A stretch of 64,000 nucleotides of DNA from Veleropilina oligotropha (GCA_048128005.1 JBEUKZ010000008.1:558001-622000); one strand, 5' to 3'; positions 12,244-22,212 are shown, numbered from the stretch's first letter. Numbers and translations are program-made. The notes: generated from the letters alone by a model not told the origin.

Positions 12244-12342
12244 CATTGTAAATTGCAATATCTTACCCATTTACTGATTGTGTCTTTTTTTCATTGTAAA
12301 TTGCAATATCTTACCCATTTACTGATTGTGTCTTTTTTTCAT
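12244..12342 (+). repeat. 48-bp direct duplication
   Basis: cattgtaaattgcaatatcttacccatttactgattgtgtcttttttt at 12244 and 12292. Confidence 0.9.
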
Positions 12343-13183
12343 GGTCCCCACAGGGGTGGATGTGGGATGTGGATTCTAAAGTTTGAAAGGGGGTTCAACT
12401 TTTACAATATATTTTAACTGTCCGCGCAGCAGGAAACTGTCTGTTCTGCATTTTGAGGAGAATTGATAGAAATGCATTTATGCATTTATACATTATACAT
12501 TTATCGATCAAATACAATAATCTCTGAAACAAAAATGACATCAATTTATGCTGGATATCAAGCCATATTGGCATCGAAGGTAATGAAAATGCTGATAAAG
12601 CAGAAAAGTCAGCTTTACATATTAACCAAGTATAAATTTCAAATTTCGTATTCAGATTTTAAGTACCAAATAAAAAAACACATTCAAACTACCTTAAATG
12701 GATTTAAATAGAATTTATTTGTGCTTAGGAAACGCATTACTGCCAATCATATCCCTGATCCACCCCTAAAGCAGAGGAACATTTTGACAAGTAACGGTGT
12801 AAATTCCATTTCCTGCATTCTGAGAGTGCAAACCATACGTGTATTTTTGGACAACTTTTATGAATCATTATCACTAAACTGTATACACGAGTATTACACA
12901 TCACGGTGTAGTTTTTTCATGACCCACCCCAAACATTTTTTCCTCATGACGCAGCCCTAAATCCAGTGTCATTTTGAAAATGTCCAACGTTTACAACCAA
13001 CCTGTGATTAATTGTCCGCGTGGGGATTGAGCCCCATGCATTCTAAGTTTGAGAAAATGTGAGTATGACTGTGTTTTGTTTCATGACCCATCCTTAAAGC
13101 CTGTGTCTTTTTTCATGACTCGCCCCTATTTTCACCGGCCCACTCACTCACCCCTATATAATACTATACATGACCAGTCCCTA
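12340..13183 (+). mobile_element. Partial copy of the TIR element also found at 42363-44038
   Basis: Shared blocks (atgtggattct..aagggggt.caacttt, aaagtcagcttta.atattaacca, ctgcattctgagagtg) and right terminus gaccagtccctaa. Confidence 0.6.
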
Positions 13184-14239
13184 AAAGCATAATGCATAGC
13201 TGATATCACCCCATAGGCGCTTTATGGGATTATTCTGGGGTGGGATGGGGGTGGATAAAACGTTCAGTTGCATAAATAATTTGAGTTTTTTCTCATTAAA
13301 CCACTATAACATTGAGACGAGACTTTGTCGTGAAAGGAAGAAAATGTGCAGTGAAACTCATTGGAATGTCATGACTGATGAAGCCGATGAGCCATCATCC
13401 AGGCTTGATCGCATATTGAAATTACATGAACAATTTCTCCTGTGGACAAAAACTACAGTATGTCGCAAATAAATAAACATTCGAATGCTGTATTAAAGGA
13501 TACTAGGCCGTCTGAATGTCTCTAATTCCTTTCATGATCTCGATATATCATTACATCGATCGTCGGTGTAGTTTATCTCTTCATTTGCGTTATCGTAAAA
13601 CCTATATTGCATTTTAAAACATTATAAACATATCAGTAATTGTAGATTATGAATTATTTAGCAAAGATAATGCAAATTCATTAATATAACATTGCCAAGT
13701 TCAATTGCGATAAAAGTAACGTCATTTACAATAATATAGATTTTCTTCAGTGCTGGATATAGTGGTAATATTAAATAAGTTTTATTGTTCTCCTAGCAGA
13801 AAATTCAGTCATATCATGCATTGTAGCGGCAGAAGTTATCATTAACACGACAAAAACACGAATCTTTAATTGGCCACTGTTTACAATCATATAACTTATC
13901 AGTGATGCGATAAATACCGTCTACAAGATACATACCATCGGTAGATTATGTGAACATTAGGTCTCCTGGTGTTAATTTACCCTTTGTTCCAATTAACAAC
14001 TCAGACAATCGTTAACTCGGTTAACTGGTCAGACTAAATTGATTGACAAATGATTTGTCAACTTGCCACTGCCGATTTAACATAACACACCAAGAGCGCG
14101 TTATGTTGGGCAATTGAATTAATGTTTTAAGGGATGAGAGCTTGCAATTTGCAATAGATTTCCGCGCTGTGTATAACAGATAACACAGCTGCCACCCATC
14201 GGCGATGTAAATAAAACATAACAACCTCGCTCTCGCTGT

Positions 14240-14358
<119 letters not shown>

Positions 14359-14399
14359 CTCGGGCTGACAGTGTATTATATATTAGATAATGAAAAATA

Positions 14400-14645
14400 T
14401 AGCTGTGGCTCAGTGGTAGTGCACTGGCCTCTCGTCGAGAGGTTTGGGGTTCAATCCCCGATCCCGGCGAATTTCCTTGGGCAAGGTATTAAGCATATAT
14501 TCACCCAGCTGATCTGAGATCTAAATGGGTACCTGGTTGGCAGTGACAGAATTGTCAGAATGACAGGTCGAGCGCCTAGCAGGCATGTACTTGACCGTAA
14601 TACTCTCAGAGAGAGTTGAGAACGAGTATGGAATGAACAGGGTAC
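14400..14645 (+). mobile_element. tRNA-derived SINE with a CORE/Meta-like central domain
   Basis: Pol III A box TGGCTCAGTGG (14406-14416) and B box GGTTCAATCCC (14448-14458), followed by ccttgggcaag and cacccagctg...taaatgggtacc. Confidence 0.7.
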
Positions 14646-14800
14646 TCCCTTGTTATCCCCCCCCCCACTATTGAAAATCGCAATTGATCTAACTGTTAAA
14701 TCCATGGGGACTAGCAACAGGTGAACCTCGGTCAGTCCAATACAACTACGTACCCATCACATGTATCTTATCGCAAGCTGCATGCTCTTGGCTTGGGCAA

Positions 14801-15544
14801 TGCCCCCCTGACACTTGCACGAATGTTGGTCACGAATAGATACGCATGGTGGCGTGCCGTCACGCGCCAAAAAGTGTCAATTTGGGGCACGAAACTTGTC
14901 CGTTTACGCCATGTCGTGCCATCTAACACGCATCTGACACAAACATGTGGCACGTCCATGTCACGAAATGGTACGCCATGGCAATCTTCACTATGCCATA
15001 GTTGCGCAAACGGTACGCAATACTTGCGCATAAGTTGCGATGTTGTCACGCCTGTGCAAGCATGTCCACTCAGTGGCACAAATGGTTACTCATTGACACG
15101 CCATACTTACGCATGCGTGAAGTCATCGTTCAGGAATTTGGGGTGCGAATGGTCACGCCTTGGGACGCTTTAGCGAATATATTCCGCAAACTCTGCACAA
15201 ACTATGCACAACGTATGCGTGCCAATTCGTGCCATTGCTGATTACGTTTTAAAAATCCCCACGCAAGTACGCCATGGCAAGCAGTGACACTCAATGACCC
15301 GCAATTATTTTTCATATGTCGCGCACAATTTGCGCATAAGTTGCGCATTAGCCACGCCGCTGGCACGAAAATATGGCTGACATTTTTTTGATTATTTCAA
15401 AAATCTGGCACGGGCTGGCGCGCATGTACGTACTTGACACGAAGCCCCAATCACGTTTCCACGACTAGTCCCATCATTGGCACGCCACCATGCGTACCTA
15501 TTCGTGACAAACATTCGTGCAAGTGTCAGGGGGGGGGGGGGGCA
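14801..15544. mobile_element. MITE with ~58-bp TIRs, PIF/Harbinger-like
   Basis: Left tgcccccctgacacttgcacgaatgttggtcacgaatag; right ctattcgtgacaaacattcgtgcaagtgtcagg(g)n ca. Flanks caa/taa are compatible with a mutated TAA TSD. Confidence 0.8.
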
Positions 15545-15679
15545 TAATCCTTAATTGGAACTTACATTAGTTACAAATATTGTTGTTAGTGTTTTTTTTA
15601 TTTTTGCATGCACTATACAGTATCGCCATTATTGTCGTAGGGAATATTAACATAAATCCCCGTTACCAATGCAATGTCA

Positions 15680-15684
15680 ACTAA
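15680..15684 (+). other. Left 5-bp target-site duplication ACTAA of element 1
   Basis: Identical ACTAA at 31579-31583, directly after the right terminus. Confidence 0.9.
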
Positions 15685-15975
15685 AGCAGCAGGGGGGGTG
15701 ACCATACCTTTTATCTGGGGGCGCGGCGAGGGAAATTAAGGCTCCCAGCACTTTTTCAGAATTAATATGGATCTCAACTCAGCAGCAGGGGGGGTCAGTA
15801 GACTTTTTAGAATGGGAAAATACAGCGCCCAGCACCATTTCAGAACTGATAGGGTTGTACTGGTGGGAACTATGGAGTTAGACTAGGGGCGGGGCGAGGG
15901 AAATTAAGGCTCCCAGCTATATTTCAGACCCCAGGGTATATCGTGTATTACAAAAAAGTTACCGTGTGTACAGCG
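15685..15975 (+). repeat. Left terminal inverted repeat of element 1
   Basis: 15685-15917 matches the reverse complement of 31346-31578 (233 bp, no mismatch seen by eye). A weaker match extends to 15975/31288. Confidence 0.95.
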
Positions 15976-16023
15976 ACATAGAGCCCCCAGGGACGGCCCA
16001 CTACCCTCGCCGGCCCGGGCTCC

Positions 16024-16224
16024 TCAGTTATGTGAGCAGTAGCAGGGGGGGTGAGTTTGATTTCGTGCAACTCCCTTTCTACCGTCTTTGGTCTTCTTCT
16101 TATATATCGCTTGTTCACCATTGTCGAGTACAACGATCAAAACGTTATAGCCCCGGTTTAAGAGGTTTTTAACGCGCCTGAAGCTCCGTTCGCTGTACAG
16201 CGTAATAATGTCTTCCTGTGGCAT
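16024..16224 (-). CDS. Small basic protein, 66 aa (MPQEDII...), function unknown
   Basis: Conserved with 51307..51495 (GY.VLIV.LD.GEQA..KKKTK). Upstream of the MPQ ATG the two copies differ by a 1-nt indel, so this ATG is the likely start. Confidence 0.7.
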   Translation of the reverse strand: MPQEDIITLYSERSFRRVKNLLNRGYNVLIVVLDNGEQAIYKKKTKDGRKGVARNQTHPPCYCSHN

Positions 16225-16350
16225 GTTGCTTTCAAGTATAACTACACAACGTCTAACATGCCGGTTATTTCTCGCCGTGCACCGGGCTCGATATCTTAGT
16301 GTCATAATCTCTATTAGAGACTGGTATATGCGATGATAACCGCTATCAAT

Positions 16351-16626
16351 ATGTGGGGCACTGATACCTGTCAATGGCTCACCATCAGCTCCACGGAGCT
16401 ATGTGGTAAGAGATGTTTGAGGGAGTTTTGCAAAGTCCACCTGGCTCGGCAACGGCGAAATGGCCGGGGCACAAAGCCCTGCATCAAATGCGGGAAGGGC
16501 GTCTTTAACCGGTTTACGCTGTGTAAGGGCTGTGGGTATCTGACTGCGAACGTTAGGGATTGGCGACGAAAGAATCGAGCCTTCGAGAGAGAGTTTCTCC
16601 GTATGGCTGCAATTTACCACGCGTAA
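16351..16626 (+). CDS. Small Cys-rich putative zinc-finger protein
   Basis: C..C..C..C..H followed by CxxC...CxxC; conserved with 51659..51946. Confidence 0.75.
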   Translation: MWGTDTCQWLTISSTELCGKRCLREFCKVHLARQRRNGRGTKPCIKCGKGVFNRFTLCKGCGYLTANVRDWRRKNRAFEREFLRMAAIYHA

Positions 16627-16673
16627 ATTTCATATTAGAGAACTGAAATCCTAGTGTATACCCCCCCAGCAAC

Positions 16674-19600
16674 ATGGATGACCTGCGCAATCTAGCGAAA
16701 GATTATGGGATTCCCGCTCGGTCGAAGCTCAAGAAGCACGACCTCATCAGGGCAATCGCCAGGGTCCGTGCTGCGGAGTTTCGGAGCAGACTCGAGCGGG
16801 CGATGAAAACGGGAAGGTTCCCCTCCATACGTGGAGATGTGGAGAACCCCCACAAAAGAGGCCGACGTGCTCGCGAGTTGCGGCAGATTAAGGACGAGGT
16901 CGACGCCGCCCTGCAGGCTCGTAAATACGAATCCCAGGCTGAGAAAAATCCCAGGATTCGACTGAAGCCACTTCGCGCCATCACGGATCGAATCGTCAAG
17001 CGGTCTCGGAAAGAGACCCTTGCCCATGCTATTGCTCGGAAGGGGCCCGATCTTCTCATCTCCAAAACGCCCCGGACAGCCCAGGACTACCAGAAGGATC
17101 TTCTAGGGCAATTTACCACACCCGAGGGACAACGATTCATCGACCTGGATGACCAGGTCCCTCCCCCAGTAAGGCTCCCAGCAAAAGAGCCATGGGTGGA
17201 ACTCTTGAGCGACGCCAAAGACGAGTTTGAGGTCGATGGCGCCGTGGCGGCTTTCTCCACATGGAGGGTAGAAGTGGCTGGACGGCTGGCCCTGGATGCC
17301 CGTATGACAGATGCAAGGGCGGCACAGCTCCTCACAGCCCTTCCAAAGGGCGAGTTTCTTCTTAGGATAAAGTTCTTGCGTGAGTGGGGTGAAGGTGACT
17401 GGGTGGTCGAAGACAAGTTTGACCCGGTGAAGGCTGCGAGAAAGAAGGGCCAGGGTGTCTTTGAGATCTCTCAGGATACTAAGCCGGGTGCTATCACTGG
17501 GGTCGACAAGGTCTACTACGAGAATGCCTACCCGGTCACTGCAGTCGTCTACGGCCTCTACCCTCTCAGAGAACCAAACCCCGCCAACCTGGTTCCGATG
17601 AAGAACGGCGACCTCAACTGCGTTGCCCAACGAGTGGTTGAGCACTTCGAAGGTGCCCTTAGAGGACACGGACTCACCCCGACAAGGCGGCAGAAAATAC
17701 TGGAGTGGGAAGAGCGAGTCCATGTAACAGGCGCCACCGTGGATGATATAGCTACCCTCGAGAAGATCCTCAAACGGGCGATCACCTTGAGAGACATTGC
17801 CGGCGAGGACATCTACAACAGTGGGAAATACCAGGCCAGTATGTGGAAGTCCATAGAACTCATCTGTCACAACGGCCACGCCTGGTCGAAGGACCTACAC
17901 TTCCCGCAAAGTAGAGAGGTCCACCTGTATGAGGGCGATGTCTGGGAAGCTATTCGACAAGCCACACAGAATGAGCCATTGGCTGTCTGGCTCCTAGGCG
18001 GTAAAGACCGACAGCTCGGCGTGGACCAGTTCGTGCTGCAAGATGGCCGCACGTACCGGACAAAAGACGCTCACGAGAGACTTCAAGAAGCCTGTACAGC
18101 GCTGGGGAATGAGTCCCTAGCCGATCGAGCCTTTGGCGAGAACCATGCAGCTAGCATTATGGCTAAAGAGACCAACGGCTGGAAACCCACCCCGGCGAGC
18201 CTGCTCGATGACATCCAGAAGGCCTGTGTAGAGCATGGCCACGGCGGTCTCTGGAATTCCATGAATTACGACACGGGCGATGTCTGCTGCATCGATATGA
18301 AAGCCTGCTACCCTGCCAGCTTTCTGGGGCAGGGCGAGGCCAAGCCATACTTCGAAAGATTCGGACACCCAGCCCACAGCATGACTCGGGTCGCAATTAA
18401 CGGTCCTCTTCCCGAAGATATCGGCACCGGCTTTGCTGAGGTCGTGGGGTGGGAGTTCGCACAAGACATCCACCCCGTCATTGTAGCATGGTTCGGGAAG
18501 CACTTTGCAGAGAATGGGTGGGCACCAACCCCGCTGCTCGCCTTCCTCATAGAATCTGGACTGCTAAAAAGCCTCAAGATCCGAGAAGCCATCATCGCGT
18601 TCAAAGCCCAGACCGATGTCTGGCTTCCGGAGAATCGTGACCAGGGCTGCAGTATCATCGGCAAATTCACCCAAGGCGCCAAGGCCGAGGGTAAAAGATT
18701 GACACGGAGACTGGTGATTGACCAGGGAGAGCTGGACTTCCTGGTAAGAGACACCCGCCAAAGCGGTACCCTGGTCGGCGCACCTCAAAGGTGCCCTATG
18801 GGGCACATCCTCACGTACTATGATGGCTCCCAGCCTCAGTACGCCCACCTGAGGGCCGCGATGTTGGGGTATGCGCACATAAACCTCTTGAGCATGCTGA
18901 AGCGTTTCAGTGCAGCAGAAGCCGTCCGGGTAGCCACTGACAGCATCTACCTCAAGAAGGCCTCGTTGGAGAAGCTCGACGATGTCACGGTGTACGTTGC
19001 CCCCCAACTCTGCGACTGTCGCAGCCAATCGTGCATCTCATGTCTGATCGCGGAGCCGTACCTTCCGCCAGTAGCACCAGCCCAGTGGCGTGACAAGGGC
19101 GAACAGCTGTATATGCCACAGGAACATGCCGCATACATGCCCAAGCCGGAGTACACGCAGTCCGAGAAGGACCTCCCGCCGAGCACCGCGCCATGCTACA
19201 ATGACACACTGACCCACCATCGCCTGAGTTACCTCAATGGTGGAGGGGGCTGTGGCAAGACTACGAGAGCGATCGAGCTCTTTCGGGCAAGGAATCCCGT
19301 CGTGTTCACACCAACCCACCGCCTCGCTAAAGAGATGCGAACCAGAGGCGTCAAAGCCCAGACCTACCACAGCTTCTTCCGATGGAGCGGTCAGAATGAC
19401 TGGACGCCTGATCGCATGGGTCAGAAGTTCATCCCGCGCGTCATTATCTGGGACGAGGTCTGTACTGTTCCCCGGGCTATTCTAGAGATGTTCTTGGACT
19501 GGCTGGGCCGCCACGAAGTGCAGGTTATCTGCTGTGGCGATCAAGGCCAGCCACCACCGATTACGGGCGAGATGCCACACGATTGGCTGCGAAGGACTGC

Positions 19601-20510
19601 GGACTACTATGAAGAGATCGAAGTAGACTACAGGGCGAAAGACGACCCTGCCCTCCAAGCCCTGAAAAGACGGATACGTCTCCAGCCCGACAAAATCCAG
19701 TGCGACGAGATGCGACGGACTCTCCCCAGCTGCCTTGGATGGGATCGGTTCGTCAACACCTGGAAGCCAGGCGACCTAATCCTCACGAGCCGTCAGAAGG
19801 TCCGCGAACGGGCTCAACAGCTGTTGCTCCAGAGGCACAAGGAGCACTTCCCAGACTCCCCGGTACCTATCCTGTACCACCCCAGGGACACCCGTAAGCA
19901 AAACATCATGGTAACGATTCCGGGCACCAGCGACAGAGAGGAGCTAGTTCTGAACGACGTCGTCGAGGTCACCATTGAGGCCGCTGAGAGGGCTATCCTG
20001 ACCCCGGATTGGCGCCTGGGCTATGCTCTCACCATCCATTCGAGCCAGGGTCTTACGATTCACGACCCGCAGAGGGTCTGGATCATCGATGACTACCTTC
20101 AGTGGAGTAATCTCGCCTACCTAGCCGTGTCCCGGGTAGAGCTGCTGCGTCAGCTCGAACGGGTAACCTGTCCTCCGGATGAGGGTGCTGAGGACAGGCC
20201 CCCGCCCCAAACCGAGCAACAGCTCCGAAAGACCATCCAGAAAAAGCTTGTGGCGTACAAACGCCAGGACCAGGCAACGGGACTCCCGGGGTTTAACCTC
20301 AAGGTCGATGACATCCTGCGGCTCAGAGAGGCCCAAAACAACCGCTGCGCAGCATGCAACATAGAGCTGCTCTGGGCATATTCCCCGAAGGACACACAGC
20401 AGTTCAGTGTCGACCGTGTGGACAACAGCAGGGGCCACACCCGCGACAACGTGCGCTTAACGTGTCTGGAATGTAACCGGAAACGAGGATTTGCGGTTGT
20501 TAACGCCTGA
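16674..20510 (+). CDS. Replicase polyprotein: OTU-like module + divergent family-B DNA polymerase + SF1 (RecD/Pif1-like) helicase + HNH-like nuclease, 1278 aa
   Basis: GDLNC (C316) and HNGHAW (H402). PolB-like DMKACYPAS (D541), RDQGCSIIGKF and VATDSIY (D756). Helicase GGGGCGKT (856-863), IIWDE (927), GDQGQPPP, YALTIHSSQGLT and YLAVSRV. C-terminal CAAC...SVDRVDNSRGHTRDNVRLTCLECN. Confidence 0.85.
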   Translation: MDDLRNLAKDYGIPARSKLKKHDLIRAIARVRAAEFRSRLERAMKTGRFPSIRGDVENPHKRGRRARELRQIKDEVDAALQARKYESQAEKNPRIRLKPLRAITDRIVKRSRKETLAHAIARKGPDLLISKTPRTAQDYQKDLLGQFTTPEGQRFIDLDDQVPPPVRLPAKEPWVELLSDAKDEFEVDGAVAAFSTWRVEVAGRLALDARMTDARAAQLLTALPKGEFLLRIKFLREWGEGDWVVEDKFDPVKAARKKGQGVFEISQDTKPGAITGVDKVYYENAYPVTAVVYGLYPLREPNPANLVPMKNGDLNCVAQRVVEHFEGALRGHGLTPTRRQKILEWEERVHVTGATVDDIATLEKILKRAITLRDIAGEDIYNSGKYQASMWKSIELICHNGHAWSKDLHFPQSREVHLYEGDVWEAIRQATQNEPLAVWLLGGKDRQLGVDQFVLQDGRTYRTKDAHERLQEACTALGNESLADRAFGENHAASIMAKETNGWKPTPASLLDDIQKACVEHGHGGLWNSMNYDTGDVCCIDMKACYPASFLGQGEAKPYFERFGHPAHSMTRVAINGPLPEDIGTGFAEVVGWEFAQDIHPVIVAWFGKHFAENGWAPTPLLAFLIESGLLKSLKIREAIIAFKAQTDVWLPENRDQGCSIIGKFTQGAKAEGKRLTRRLVIDQGELDFLVRDTRQSGTLVGAPQRCPMGHILTYYDGSQPQYAHLRAAMLGYAHINLLSMLKRFSAAEAVRVATDSIYLKKASLEKLDDVTVYVAPQLCDCRSQSCISCLIAEPYLPPVAPAQWRDKGEQLYMPQEHAAYMPKPEYTQSEKDLPPSTAPCYNDTLTHHRLSYLNGGGGCGKTTRAIELFRARNPVVFTPTHRLAKEMRTRGVKAQTYHSFFRWSGQNDWTPDRMGQKFIPRVIIWDEVCTVPRAILEMFLDWLGRHEVQVICCGDQGQPPPITGEMPHDWLRRTADYYEEIEVDYRAKDDPALQALKRRIRLQPDKIQCDEMRRTLPSCLGWDRFVNTWKPGDLILTSRQKVRERAQQLLLQRHKEHFPDSPVPILYHPRDTRKQNIMVTIPGTSDREELVLNDVVEVTIEAAERAILTPDWRLGYALTIHSSQGLTIHDPQRVWIIDDYLQWSNLAYLAVSRVELLRQLERVTCPPDEGAEDRPPPQTEQQLRKTIQKKLVAYKRQDQATGLPGFNLKVDDILRLREAQNNRCAACNIELLWAYSPKDTQQFSVDRVDNSRGHTRDNVRLTCLECNRKRGFAVVNA

Positions 20511-21498
20511 GAACCGGCGGCAGCTGGGTATCACGAGGCACCACGAGAAGTTCCTCTCGAACAAACCCACGCGGTGGTCCATCCAGCAAGTAGTAGAGCA
20601 CAGGCTCGTCAGGCTTAGTGACGGAGCGTCCAAGCCTGTAAACTTTTAGAGACCACACCGGGTCAGTAGCACGGCGATGACCCCCCTCCAGCTCACCATC
20701 GTAGTAAAGGTAGCGAACATCTACGTCAGAGGGGAGTTTCTGTTCCTTCCCCTGTCGGCCTGGAACAGTGGCGCCTGGCTTTTGGGCAACGCGAGGTGCC
20801 TTGATGGCGTCCTTGGGCTTTTTACCGGTCAGCCTGGTCACTTCCCCATTCAAGGCCGCAACTACAGCTGCTAACCGGGCGACCCACTCAGTTGACCTTT
20901 GACCCTCTTTCACAGACTCTGCAAACCGCATCTCTGTTGCATACTGGTGCCCGAAGAGCCGCTCAGCGAGCGTCCGGTTGAAGCGCTCCACAATGCCCTG
21001 ATCGCGATGGATATCCACACGGCCACGCCTAACCTCGACGTTATTCTTTGCCAGCAGCTGGGAAACCGTGCCCATAAACTCTCGCCCTGGATCGACTTGA
21101 AGCAGTTTCGGCCAGCCAAGAGGACTCCGCCTGTAGATTCGGGCTAGTGCTTCAGCAACCCCTTTGGCCTCTTTTGTGACCAGAGGCTCAGCCTCTTTAA
21201 AGCGACTGGCCACATCAACCACAGTCAAAGCGTACTTGTACGTTTTACGGCCGACCTTGTCATGGGGCAGAAACAGGAGATCGGCTTGGTGAACCTCGTT
21301 CGGCGTCGTAACGTCAAACCGTGGTCTTGGAATCCGCCGTGGCGCAGGTAAATAGATCTGCCATATAGCCTGCCTCTTAAGCCATGTCCGGGCCTCCACT
21401 TCAGACGCCTTGGCAGCGTCAGCTAGTTTCTTTATCGCGGCAATGCCTTTCCAGTAGCCCTTAGGGCTGTAGTACATCCTCGCAAGCTTACTATCCAT
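20500..21498 (-). CDS. Retroviral-like DDE integrase (Polinton/c-integrase type)
   Basis: HQADLL, LTVVDVASRF, LQVDPGREF and VERFNRTL give an intact D-D-E triad. Confidence 0.95.
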   Translation of the reverse strand: MDSKLARMYYSPKGYWKGIAAIKKLADAAKASEVEARTWLKRQAIWQIYLPAPRRIPRPRFDVTTPNEVHQADLLFLPHDKVGRKTYKYALTVVDVASRFKEAEPLVTKEAKGVAEALARIYRRSPLGWPKLLQVDPGREFMGTVSQLLAKNNVEVRRGRVDIHRDQGIVERFNRTLAERLFGHQYATEMRFAESVKEGQRSTEWVARLAAVVAALNGEVTRLTGKKPKDAIKAPRVAQKPGATVPGRQGKEQKLPSDVDVRYLYYDGELEGGHRRATDPVWSLKVYRLGRSVTKPDEPVLYYLLDGPPRGFVREELLVVPRDTQLPPVLRR

Positions 21499-21712
21499 CA
21501 GCAATGTATTCCAGTAAACTGATCAGTCTCCAACAGGCTTCAGCTTCCGGAGCCGGTCGCTGCGCAGTCGTCGCCCGTAGGTTGGTCGGGCCCGAGAGCA
21601 CCAGGACCGCGAACCGCACCATAGTCTTTTCGTCGCGGCGCCAGCAGTCGAGTAACGTAGTACTATAGCCGACCGCAAGCATAGCGCAGTACAGCTCTTC
21701 TGGGAGCCCCAT
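21491..21712 (-). CDS. Small protein, 73 aa (MGLPEELYC...), function unknown
   Basis: Conserved with 56883..57146 from the MGLP start onward. Confidence 0.65.
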   Translation of the reverse strand: MGLPEELYCAMLAVGYSTTLLDCWRRDEKTMVRFAVLVLSGPTNLRATTAQRPAPEAEACWRLISLLEYIADG

Positions 21713-21752
21713 TACTATACATGCCAACGAAAAAAATGTCCACTGGAAATAA

Positions 21753-22181
21753 TTAGGCGAGCTTGTAGGCGACCAACCCGGTCGCAGCCATCCCCAGGAT
21801 GATGAAGGTGATCTCACGTCCCTTCTGGCCATCGCTCGGTGTGTAGTAGTCAGACAGGGCGGGCTCAGGGCCACCCCCCAGGCCGGGGTCAAGGTTCTTG
21901 CCGGTGATCAATGCATACTCACGGATCGCGGCGTCAACATCCCGGAATGTGCCAACAGCGTGACCCTGGCGGCGAAGTTCAACGTTAAGCCAATCGAGAC
22001 GCTCTGCCCTCTGTTGTGACCATTTAGTCTGAGCAGCGTTGAGCTGTTCTACAGCAATGTCGTGGCGTTTACGCTCCGCATCGACACCGGAGCTGCGTAG
22101 CTTCGAGAAGAGGAAGTTGGAGCCGCTGAAGGCGAGGGCGTTGACGAGAGCGCCCCCAACCAGCATCGCAATGGAAGCCAT
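21753..22181 (-). CDS. 142-aa protein with hydrophobic N- and C-termini and a central coiled coil
   Basis: Nearly identical protein at 57189..57617. Confidence 0.8.
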   Translation of the reverse strand: MASIAMLVGGALVNALAFSGSNFLFSKLRSSGVDAERKRHDIAVEQLNAAQTKWSQQRAERLDWLNVELRRQGHAVGTFRDVDAAIREYALITGKNLDPGLGGGPEPALSDYYTPSDGQKGREITFIILGMAATGLVAYKLA

Positions 22182-22212
22182 TGAAATGCTGCGATTATCT
22201 AGCAAGGTCCCA

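Noticed and set aside
14400..14470. Possible tRNA gene
   Set aside because: A and B boxes are present, but there is no convincing cloverleaf and it continues into a SINE-type body.
14721..15241. ORFs inside the 14801-15544 MITE as a transposase
   Set aside because: No DDE or DNA-binding motifs; too short.
16692..20449. Many antisense and alternate-frame ORFs over the replicase and other element genes (likewise in element 2)
   Set aside because: Expected shadows of GC-rich coding sequence; their boundaries are not consistently conserved between the two elements.
16674..20510. Helitron Rep/helicase
   Set aside because: No HUH Rep motifs are recognisable upstream of the helicase, and the element has TIRs, a TSD, an integrase and capsid-like genes.
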